DNA from: a virus
Lineage: Duplodnaviria > Caudoviricetes
Direction: 5' to 3' (one strand)
Virus record (IMG/VR): IMGVR_UViG_3300005739_000007
Location: 1-47,932 of that record
Length of the DNA: 47,932 nucleotides
This document shows positions 36,694 through 44,834 of this stretch, one piece after another (positions within the stretch are counted from its first letter, which is position 1; each line of letters begins with the position of its first letter). Made by a program: the position numbers and the translations under genes. Below the pieces are notes generated by a model. It was not told the DNA's origin. It made no database searches and saw only the letters and a list, made by a program, of their open reading frames with translations.

Positions 36694-37092
36694 ATGTCAA
36701 GCTTATTTTTAATTTTACTCTGTTGCATTGGGGCTTTAATTATACATTTATGGTTTTATTCTGATTTTTTCGCTTATTATGTAAAATCATTAAGATTTTT
36801 AATACCAGGTAAAATTTATGATTGGTTATTAATTGACAATTATCTTCATAATCAAGATCCAAATTTATCTTTTGATAGTTACATTGAATACCTTTTTGTT
36901 AAAAGATCATTTACAAAATCATTTAAAACGAAATTTTTTCTTAAACTTTTCTCTTGTATTACTTGTTTTACAGTATGGGTTTCATTTATAATAACAATAT
37001 GTATCGGTAATATTTTATATTTAGGACTTGTTTTTATAATCTTACGTGTTTTGGATTTTATTCTTAGATACATACTTAAAAAGGCTATATAA
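36694..37092 (+). CDS. Membrane protein with CxxC..VW motif (DUF1360-like)
   Basis: LFSCITCFTVWVS and about 3 hydrophobic segments. Confidence 0.6.
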   Translation: MSSLFLILLCCIGALIIHLWFYSDFFAYYVKSLRFLIPGKIYDWLLIDNYLHNQDPNLSFDSYIEYLFVKRSFTKSFKTKFFLKLFSCITCFTVWVSFIITICIGNILYLGLVFIILRVLDFILRYILKKAI

Positions 37093-37098
37093 TTCATT

Positions 37099-37533
37099 AT
37101 GAAAAAATTAGAATTTTGTAAACCCACTAAGTCTGTCACTGGATCATGGATTACTTTTGGATTAACCCAAGACCAAGAAGAACAAAAGAAAAACGGGTTT
37201 TATATTAATGTTATTAAACAAGCAGGATGGAATGATGAAACAAAAAATGGAACATTTAAAGAAAATGTAAATAATCCAGAAAAACATAAAAGGATCAAAT
37301 TAAGTGAAAATGATATCGCAGAAGTTTTATTAGTTTTACAATCAAATGGATCCAAAAAATGGTCTACTGTTCATGCTGGTAAAACGCCAATTTTCGTTGA
37401 ACCATTTATCAAAGAAGAAAATCATGTTGGGTATTTGATTAAGTTAGGTGGAATAGGAATTGCTTTAAATTTTGCGGAAACTCTTCGTTTACAAGAATAT
37501 TTAAAATTGACTTTACAACAAATCTATTTATAA
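37099..37533 (+). CDS. Hypothetical protein, possibly ssDNA-binding (PC4/Whirly-like beta-helix repeat)
   Basis: Two strands-then-helix units (IKLSENDIAEVL; IALNFAETLRL); fold call is inference only. Confidence 0.55.
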   Translation: MKKLEFCKPTKSVTGSWITFGLTQDQEEQKKNGFYINVIKQAGWNDETKNGTFKENVNNPEKHKRIKLSENDIAEVLLVLQSNGSKKWSTVHAGKTPIFVEPFIKEENHVGYLIKLGGIGIALNFAETLRLQEYLKLTLQQIYL

Positions 37534-37542
37534 TAGATTAAT

Positions 37543-39462
37543 ATGCGTAAAAAAAGAGTTTTATTTTTAACAGATTACGCTGGCGCATTTACAGGCTTTG
37601 GTAAGCAATGTAAATTATTACTTTCATATCTTTATAATACTAACAAATATGAAATTTTAAATGCCGCACAAGGAACTCCTAAAAATGGTCCGCATACATT
37701 AAAATATCCATGGAAAACAGTTGGAGTTCTTCCAGAAGATCCTCAAAAAATACAACAAATAAATCAAGACCCAAACATGGCAAGAGATGCAGCATATGGG
37801 GCTTTAGAGATAACTAATATTGTAAAAGATCTTAAACCAGATATTGTCTTTGCAATTAATGATACATGGGGTTCTCAATTTGTAGTAGATATGCCATTTT
37901 TCAATAAAGTTACAACAGTTTGTTGGAATACATTTGATTCATTACCATTACTACCAGACACTATACAAAAAGCTCCTAAAATAAATCATTATTGGACATG
38001 GAGTGATTTTGCTAGAAAAGAATTACATAAAAATGGATTTACTCATGTAAAGAATCAATATCCTCTTGTTAATACTAAAAATTTTTATAAATTACCTGAC
38101 GATAAAATCGCTGAAATTAAAGCCCGCTTTGGAATACCTCAAGACGCTTTTATTATAGGATTTGTTTTTAGAAATCAATTACGCAAATTAATCAATACTC
38201 AAATTGAAGCGTATGCGATGTTCAAGAAAGCAAATCCAGAAATTAAAAATACATTTTTATATACTCATACACATTATGGAGAAGGATGGGATATCCATCG
38301 TTTATGTCAACAATATGGTGTAGATCCTAGAGAAGTTTTATGTACTTATGTCTGTAAAGAAACTAGGCAATATTTTATTGCACCATTTCATGGGCAAGAT
38401 ATTGAAAATCCTATTACAAAAAGAAAAACATTAATTACTGCAAATGTAGGCCTTGGAGTTTCAGATGAACAATTAAATGAAATTTATAATATCTTTTCAT
38501 TATATTCGCATCCTGCTACGTCTGGAGCATGTGAATTGCCATGTGTAGAAGCGGCTTTAACAGAAAAAATCATAACAACGGCAGCATATTCTTTCGGTGA
38601 GGATATTATAGAAAATAATAAAGGTAGTATTCCAATTAAATTTACTTTTTATACTGAACATGGAACCCAATTTTTAAAATCTCAACCTTCTCCATATGAA
38701 CTTTCAAAAATTTTTAAGAAAGTTTATGAAATGAAACCATCTGTAAAAAAACAAATGGAATTAGACTCTAGAAAATGGGCGGTTGATAACTATTCTATAG
38801 AAACTAATGGAAAAAAAATTGAAGAATTTTTAGATAACCAACCATTTGTTAATGAAGAAATTTTTAATTTTGATACACAGAATAATAATCAACAAAATCC
38901 AGAAGCAGTTATTCCTGATAATGCAGATAATAAATTATGGGTTAAATCACTTTATAAATTAATTTTAAATAGAGATGTATCAGATCAAGACGAGGGTTTA
39001 ATACATTGGCTTCAAAAATTAGAACAAAATATCGCAAGAAATCAAATTGAAAATTATTTTCGTCAAGTAGCAAAAGAAGAAATTAATAAAAATACCCCTA
39101 TTAATTTTGAAGAATTTTTAGATAAAGATGATAATGGAAAACGTGCTTTAATTGTTATTCCAGAAAGTATTGGAGACGTTTTTATGATAACAAGTCTTTT
39201 TGAATCATTCAAAGAAGTTTATCCATATTATAATTTATATGTAGCCACAAAACCAGAATATTTTGATATTTTAAATGGTAACCCTCTTATTCATAAAATT
39301 ATACCATATATTCCACAAATGGATAACCTTTTATGGTTAGAGGGAGCCGGAGACCATAAAGGATTTTTTGAAATAGCATTCTTACCATATATAGGCACTC
39401 AAAGAATTTTAAATTATCTTCATAATGGTAAAGATATAATTCAATTCGAAATTAAAAAATAA
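37543..39462 (+). CDS. Multidomain glycosyltransferase: GT4 + DUF4214-like helical domain + GT9-like N-terminal half
   Basis: TGFG, RNQLRK, G.CELP.VEAA; WVKSLYKLILNR...EGL.HW; ESIGDVFM.T......K..YP...VAT.P...IL.GNP.I. Confidence 0.82.
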   Translation: MRKKRVLFLTDYAGAFTGFGKQCKLLLSYLYNTNKYEILNAAQGTPKNGPHTLKYPWKTVGVLPEDPQKIQQINQDPNMARDAAYGALEITNIVKDLKPDIVFAINDTWGSQFVVDMPFFNKVTTVCWNTFDSLPLLPDTIQKAPKINHYWTWSDFARKELHKNGFTHVKNQYPLVNTKNFYKLPDDKIAEIKARFGIPQDAFIIGFVFRNQLRKLINTQIEAYAMFKKANPEIKNTFLYTHTHYGEGWDIHRLCQQYGVDPREVLCTYVCKETRQYFIAPFHGQDIENPITKRKTLITANVGLGVSDEQLNEIYNIFSLYSHPATSGACELPCVEAALTEKIITTAAYSFGEDIIENNKGSIPIKFTFYTEHGTQFLKSQPSPYELSKIFKKVYEMKPSVKKQMELDSRKWAVDNYSIETNGKKIEEFLDNQPFVNEEIFNFDTQNNNQQNPEAVIPDNADNKLWVKSLYKLILNRDVSDQDEGLIHWLQKLEQNIARNQIENYFRQVAKEEINKNTPINFEEFLDKDDNGKRALIVIPESIGDVFMITSLFESFKEVYPYYNLYVATKPEYFDILNGNPLIHKIIPYIPQMDNLLWLEGAGDHKGFFEIAFLPYIGTQRILNYLHNGKDIIQFEIKK

Positions 39463-39463
39463 T

Positions 39464-40672
39464 ATGCATATATTAGAACAATACGCTTTAAATTGTGGTT
39501 TGAAAATTGGTAAACCATATATATATGAAAAATATTTTCCATTACCGTTCGAAAAATATATTACATTTAACCCATTTGGTAAATTTAATTCTAGAAAATA
39601 TGATTATTGGCAAGAAGTTATAGATTTATTAAATCCAATATTATTAAAAAATAATATAAAAATTGTCCAAATTGGTGGGCAAAACGAAAATGGGTATAAC
39701 AATTGTTTTCATTTAATGGGTCAGACAAATTTTAATCAAACGGCTTTTATAATAAAAAATAGTTTATTACATTTTGGAGTAGACAGTTTCCCTATTCATA
39801 TGGCCTCATATTATGATAAAAAAATTGTGGCATTATATTGTAATATGTATTCTTCACAATCAAAACCTTATTGGTCAAACCCAGATAATATTAAACTAAT
39901 ACAAGCTGATTTAAATAATAAAAAACCATCTTATTCAGCAGAAGAAAATCCAAAAACAATTAATAAAATTAAACCAGAAATAATTGCAAATTCAATTCTT
40001 GACTTTTTGAATATAAATGAAAAAATTAATTATGAAAGCATCTTTATTGGTGAAAAGTATGGTAATCATCTTATAGAATCTATTCCTTCGGTAATATTAC
40101 CGCCAGAAATATTTTCGAATACACTCTTAAATATTCGTTTTGATTATATTGACGATATAGAAGAAAAAGATTATATCTGTACATTTAATAATTTAAACAT
40201 AAGAAATTGTGTTATTATAACAGATAAGCCTCTTGATATTGAAAAATTCGAACTTTTTAAAAATAAAATAACAAATATTTTTTATGATATTACTAATGTA
40301 GACATCGATTTTAATTTTATTAATAAAACAAAATTTCTAGGTATAAAAATTGATTTTGTATTTAATAAATCCAAATGTTTAAATGATAATATTTTAAATG
40401 ATAAAAAATTAAAATTAATAGAATACCCAGAATTAATACTTACTATAGAAAAACAAAATAAGCCTAACGATGATATTAAACTCGCTAAAATTTATAAAAG
40501 TAAAAAAATTCTTTTTGCGAATAACCAAACTTTTTTAAGTAAAATTGCATATTTAGAAAATAAACCAGTTAATATACTAAATGATATGGATACCTATCAA
40601 AAGATTTCAGATATAAATAACATAGATGCATTAATTGAAGAAGATGGCGATTATTGTTTATTTTATAAATAA
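39464..40672 (+). CDS. GT9 (heptosyltransferase-like) C-terminal half plus unknown C-terminal domain
   Basis: K.Y.YW.EV, IVQIGG..E, L.GQT...Q.A.II....L..GVDS.P.HMA....KIVALY. Confidence 0.78.
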   Translation: MHILEQYALNCGLKIGKPYIYEKYFPLPFEKYITFNPFGKFNSRKYDYWQEVIDLLNPILLKNNIKIVQIGGQNENGYNNCFHLMGQTNFNQTAFIIKNSLLHFGVDSFPIHMASYYDKKIVALYCNMYSSQSKPYWSNPDNIKLIQADLNNKKPSYSAEENPKTINKIKPEIIANSILDFLNINEKINYESIFIGEKYGNHLIESIPSVILPPEIFSNTLLNIRFDYIDDIEEKDYICTFNNLNIRNCVIITDKPLDIEKFELFKNKITNIFYDITNVDIDFNFINKTKFLGIKIDFVFNKSKCLNDNILNDKKLKLIEYPELILTIEKQNKPNDDIKLAKIYKSKKILFANNQTFLSKIAYLENKPVNILNDMDTYQKISDINNIDALIEEDGDYCLFYK

Positions 40673-40675
40673 AAT

Positions 40676-40704
40676 TTGACATCAGTATAAAATATTGCCA
40701 TACT
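40676..40704 (+). promoter_or_regulatory. sigma-70-type promoter TTGACA-17-CATACT, 6 nt before ATG 40711
   Basis: Read directly from the sequence. Confidence 0.7.
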
Positions 40705-40710
40705 CATATT

Positions 40711-41454
40711 ATGTCAGAATATCGTTATAAAGACCAAATAAATAAATTTAAAAGAGATGTTAATGGACTTCTAGAATGTATTAGCTATACATTTAATCAA
40801 GATAATACAATTAATTGGAGGTCAATGATAAATAAAGAACATCTTGTTCCTAATCGTGACGCATTTAAAAACCAAAAAGATATTAATCTTAAAGAAATTG
40901 ATGTATCGACACTAGCAGATAATCAATTGCTTATTCTTTTAGCTGGTATAAAAGAACTTGCGCAAATCCGTGGATATAAAAATGTATCTTACGATGTTAT
41001 TCAGGCACAACCAGATTATGTTGCAGTTAAATGCACAATTAATTGGATGCCAAATTATGAAACGGATATGCAGGAAGTTTCATTTTCCGCTCTAGCAGAT
41101 GCTCATTTAGACAATACCAAAGATTTTGCAAAAAATTTCTTAATGGCAATTGCTGAAAATCGTGCTTTTATTCGTGCTGTTCGTAGTTTTCTTAAAATTA
41201 ATATTGTTGGTAATGATGAAATGGGTAAAACTACACATATTGATTCCGAAGTCGAGCCTAATACTTCAATTACCCAACCAGTCGCTCTTTTACAAAAGAC
41301 AATGGAAGAGCATAATATTAATTTTGACCAAATAAAAGAAAGAGCAATCCAAAAAAAAATGGAAAATGCTGAAAATTGGTCTAAATTAGAAGATATATCT
41401 CCCTTAGCAATGTTTACCATTATTAGTGGAATTAAAAATAAAAATAAAAAATAA
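40711..41454 (+). CDS. Hypothetical protein, possible Rad52/Erf-like single-strand annealing protein
   Basis: Beta strands followed by AIAENRAFIRAVR..L.I..V..DE, reminiscent of the Rad52-superfamily core helix. Confidence 0.55.
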   Translation: MSEYRYKDQINKFKRDVNGLLECISYTFNQDNTINWRSMINKEHLVPNRDAFKNQKDINLKEIDVSTLADNQLLILLAGIKELAQIRGYKNVSYDVIQAQPDYVAVKCTINWMPNYETDMQEVSFSALADAHLDNTKDFAKNFLMAIAENRAFIRAVRSFLKINIVGNDEMGKTTHIDSEVEPNTSITQPVALLQKTMEEHNINFDQIKERAIQKKMENAENWSKLEDISPLAMFTIISGIKNKNKK

Positions 41455-41455
41455 A

Positions 41456-43198
41456 TTAATATTTAGACGGGTAAACTAAACTAGTATCAAAATCTTCTTG
41501 TTTCCAAGTTTCAATAATTATTTCAGGAGATTTAAAATCTAGTATTTTTTTTAAATCATACTTAAAACATTTAGGATAACTACGTTGATTATTTTCACAA
41601 GCAGTTGAGTAATCGTTATATTTATCATTACCAGTAAAAGATTCTTTGGATTCTGGTGTATGACATTCTATTTCAAGAGACATATCATCAATTTTTATAG
41701 GAATTTTTTCTTTTTTTAATTTAATGCCAACTTTTTTGCCGTTAGGACATGTGCTATATTTATCTTCATTAATTTTTCTTGAATCATTTGATGAATATAA
41801 GCATAGAAGGGACATTGGTCGCTCAAGATCTAAATTGCTTAGATCTCCTGATTTTGTACGTTTTGCATAAAATTCTACAGAATCGTTTTGAACAAATTCT
41901 ATTTCAAAAAATAACATATACTTTTCTTCTTTTTCTATATAAAAAATTTCTTTTGGCTCAAAGGATAATGTTAACCATGAGTAACTCACTAAAATATTCG
42001 AATTATTTATTCGAACAGAATATTCTCCAAAATTTGAAGAGGTTTTTGTTGTATTTTGTATTTTTATAGCATCTTCTACTTTTTTATTCACTAACTCTAT
42101 TTCCGTACCATAATTAACTGAAGCAATATGTCTACACAAAAAATTATTACGAATATCTGTAAAACCACTATTAGAATAGCTGCCAGGATCTGAAACAGTT
42201 GAATCTATATAAATAACTGGATCATTTATATTTGTTGCATTATGCGGAAATTTTTTTTGATCATCTGCTGGAACATTTTTAAAAATTTTATCAAACTGTG
42301 ATTTATCAAATTTCCAATTATCCTTAAATACACGAAGCCCTCCACGTCCATAAGAAAGCTCATCATCTGTTTCATTTTCTTTTATAATTTTTGGCGCATA
42401 GAATCTAGAAAAATATAAAGAACCTAATCTTTTTTGAAATTCATTTAAAGTAAAAGCTTTTGAAGAATCATATTTTATTGATAAATTCACATTTGAAGAA
42501 ACATTTCCTTTACAAATTGATTCTATTTTACCTGTTTTTCTCTCTTCGCATGAAGGGCAGTAACAACAATCATCTTCATCCTGTAAAGCTCCAAACGGTG
42601 AAACTTCATTAAAGTCAATAATTTCTGTATTTTCGTTATCATCAAATATGGATAATGACTTATTAGATATATTATCTTCTCCTAGAGGAAATAAAGATTC
42701 AAATGTTAAATCGTAAAGTTCTTGGAATAACATCGTTCCACCACCGCTTGACGAAGACGAAGACGACGATGACGATGATGAAGATGAAGAACATTTACAA
42801 TCATCTAAACTTTCCCAATTACCATTATATGAGATATTACACGACCCATTTAATTTTACGGATTTAATCATCCCATGAAAATATTTTTTATATTTTGAAA
42901 AATCGGCTTCAGAAAATTTAAAATAATTTTTACAAAAATCTTGTTCTTTTATTTTATTATAAGTCTCTTTTCCATACTTCTTTTTTTTATACCATTTAAA
43001 AGCATCTTCTTCTGTATTAAATTTTTGAATTGTTGTTGATCCGGTATTAAACGGATCAGTTCCACCAGCTAAAGCCCTATTTACATGAATGGGTTTTCTG
43101 CCAAAAAATCGTTTTTTATTTTCAGATTTTTCAAAATCTGGTCCATAACCAAAACTGTAAAACTCATGAAAACAATGTGGTGAATTGATTTTAGACAT
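41456..43198 (-). CDS. Putative virion/tail-associated protein with an internal poly-Ser cassette
   Basis: 580-aa ORF in the right-end operon; Cys clusters flank the poly-Ser insert. Confidence 0.65.
   Translation of the reverse strand: MSKINSPHCFHEFYSFGYGPDFEKSENKKRFFGRKPIHVNRALAGGTDPFNTGSTTIQKFNTEEDAFKWYKKKKYGKETYNKIKEQDFCKNYFKFSEADFSKYKKYFHGMIKSVKLNGSCNISYNGNWESLDDCKCSSSSSSSSSSSSSSSGGGTMLFQELYDLTFESLFPLGEDNISNKSLSIFDDNENTEIIDFNEVSPFGALQDEDDCCYCPSCEERKTGKIESICKGNVSSNVNLSIKYDSSKAFTLNEFQKRLGSLYFSRFYAPKIIKENETDDELSYGRGGLRVFKDNWKFDKSQFDKIFKNVPADDQKKFPHNATNINDPVIYIDSTVSDPGSYSNSGFTDIRNNFLCRHIASVNYGTEIELVNKKVEDAIKIQNTTKTSSNFGEYSVRINNSNILVSYSWLTLSFEPKEIFYIEKEEKYMLFFEIEFVQNDSVEFYAKRTKSGDLSNLDLERPMSLLCLYSSNDSRKINEDKYSTCPNGKKVGIKLKKEKIPIKIDDMSLEIECHTPESKESFTGNDKYNDYSTACENNQRSYPKCFKYDLKKILDFKSPEIIIETWKQEDFDTSLVYPSKY
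42673..42800 (-). repeat. Direct repeat copy A: CxC-(Ser)n-GGGTMLFQELYDLTFESLFPLG
   Basis: About 84-nt core with 4 mismatches to copy B, plus the Ser-codon tract. Confidence 0.92.
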
Positions 43199-43199
43199 A

Positions 43200-43784
43200 T
43201 TAGAAATTTAATCTTCCGCCTCCAAATGGCACTGGATAAATAATTGGTACGCCATCAAAAACCATATTACACATCATTAAATCAGTTTGAACAAATTGCA
43301 TAATATAATCTGTTTTAACTGTATTTGCTTCGCCTGGAGGTAGCCCTGGAATAGCTTCGTTATCATTAACTAAAACTCCCAATATAATTCTAGCTTTAGT
43401 TTGCTTTAAATCATTACCACTAGAAAAAACTACTGGCGCTAGTTCATCTTCCGAAGTATCGCCTTCGACCCAAACAATTTTTGCAGAATCAGGCTTTAAA
43501 TTAGATACAGTAATTTCTAAAACAGCATAAAAATTTTTTCCAGGAAAACTTCCAGGAGCCTGTTTTTTAAAATCTAAACCCTGAATGTTTATTCGTTTAT
43601 AATTTAAATATTGATTTTTTAATGATAATGCTGAATATAATCTAGAGTGATAATTTATTGCTAAGGAATATTTTGGATCTTGACTTGGACCATCTGATTT
43701 TTCTCTGGTTAAAAATATTTGAAAAGGATGGTTTGACCTAACTATTTGTGGTTTTGGAAATGAATAAGAATAATAATTTGACAT
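43200..43784 (-). CDS. Putative virion/tail-associated protein
   Basis: ORF in the right-end operon; likely start MSNYY at 43784. Confidence 0.6.
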   Translation of the reverse strand: MSNYYSYSFPKPQIVRSNHPFQIFLTREKSDGPSQDPKYSLAINYHSRLYSALSLKNQYLNYKRINIQGLDFKKQAPGSFPGKNFYAVLEITVSNLKPDSAKIVWVEGDTSEDELAPVVFSSGNDLKQTKARIILGVLVNDNEAIPGLPPGEANTVKTDYIMQFVQTDLMMCNMVFDGVPIIYPVPFGGGRLNF

Positions 43785-43788
43785 AAAG

Positions 43789-44829
43789 TTACCCTTCAAT
43801 TAATCCTGTAAATAAAAAGTCTTCTCCACTTACGGTGTACTTTGATATATTCCCACTAATATTATAAGGATTTGGTTTAGATATTTCTATATTTAATATA
43901 CTATATGACCTTGAATAATTTGGTGGAATAAAAGTTATACCTGTATATTTATTTAATTCAGTGTTAAAATGTAATAGCACTCCTGTATATAAGTCTGGAT
44001 TATTTACGTCTTTAAAACCAGTTCTTATATAATAATTTTTATCAAAATTATCTTCCCAAATAACACCAGAAATATCTATAGTTGTAAATTCATTAATATT
44101 TTTACTATAAATTCCAGAATTTTCTATTGTTAAATTATTATTATAAACAAATTCACCCGTCCATTGATTAGTAGATGGTCTTAATGTATTACCACCACGA
44201 AAATATCTATGAGGAATTATTATGGCATTAATATTATCTGTATTTCTAATTATATAATTATTATTTCCACTATCTCCAATATTAAAATAAGAGAATAATC
44301 TTAATTGGTTACCAACTCTATAACCAGTTACTCCAACATTATTTTGTAAAATTCCACCATCTTCATTATTATAAGCCCCTGTGGCTCCCGAGTTTAATTT
44401 CCTTATTAAATTTTGAGCAGAAGAAAAGAAAAATAAACCTGTATTCGTTTGACTGTAAAGAAAATTAATACCGTTTATATTTAAAGAGTCATTATTAGAT
44501 AATAAATTTTCATTAAAAGTGATAATACCAGTTGCCGGTCTACTTCCAGTTACATAATTTAAAAATACTTTCTGAGGTTCTCCGTAGCCTGTGATACTTA
44601 AATTTTGCCATGTAAATGAATATCCTGTTGGTATAAAACCAGTTAATAATCCGGTTTTATAATATATAGCTGGTTGAAATCCAGTTGGATTTAAAATTTC
44701 ACTGTTTACAATACCGCTTGCTGTAAAAATTGCCTCCCCAAAACCTGTTATGGTATCAAAAAATCTTTTTGGCCTATTATCTGTTCCATAAAAAATTTGA
44801 GCTGATCTTACTTTTACTACCGCAGACAT
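43789..44829 (-). CDS. Putative structural protein rich in TG/SG dipeptides and Asn
   Basis: Beta-rich, low-charge composition typical of fibre/baseplate proteins. Confidence 0.6.
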   Translation of the reverse strand: MSAVVKVRSAQIFYGTDNRPKRFFDTITGFGEAIFTASGIVNSEILNPTGFQPAIYYKTGLLTGFIPTGYSFTWQNLSITGYGEPQKVFLNYVTGSRPATGIITFNENLLSNNDSLNINGINFLYSQTNTGLFFFSSAQNLIRKLNSGATGAYNNEDGGILQNNVGVTGYRVGNQLRLFSYFNIGDSGNNNYIIRNTDNINAIIIPHRYFRGGNTLRPSTNQWTGEFVYNNNLTIENSGIYSKNINEFTTIDISGVIWEDNFDKNYYIRTGFKDVNNPDLYTGVLLHFNTELNKYTGITFIPPNYSRSYSILNIEISKPNPYNISGNISKYTVSGEDFLFTGLIEG

Positions 44830-44834
44830 AATAT

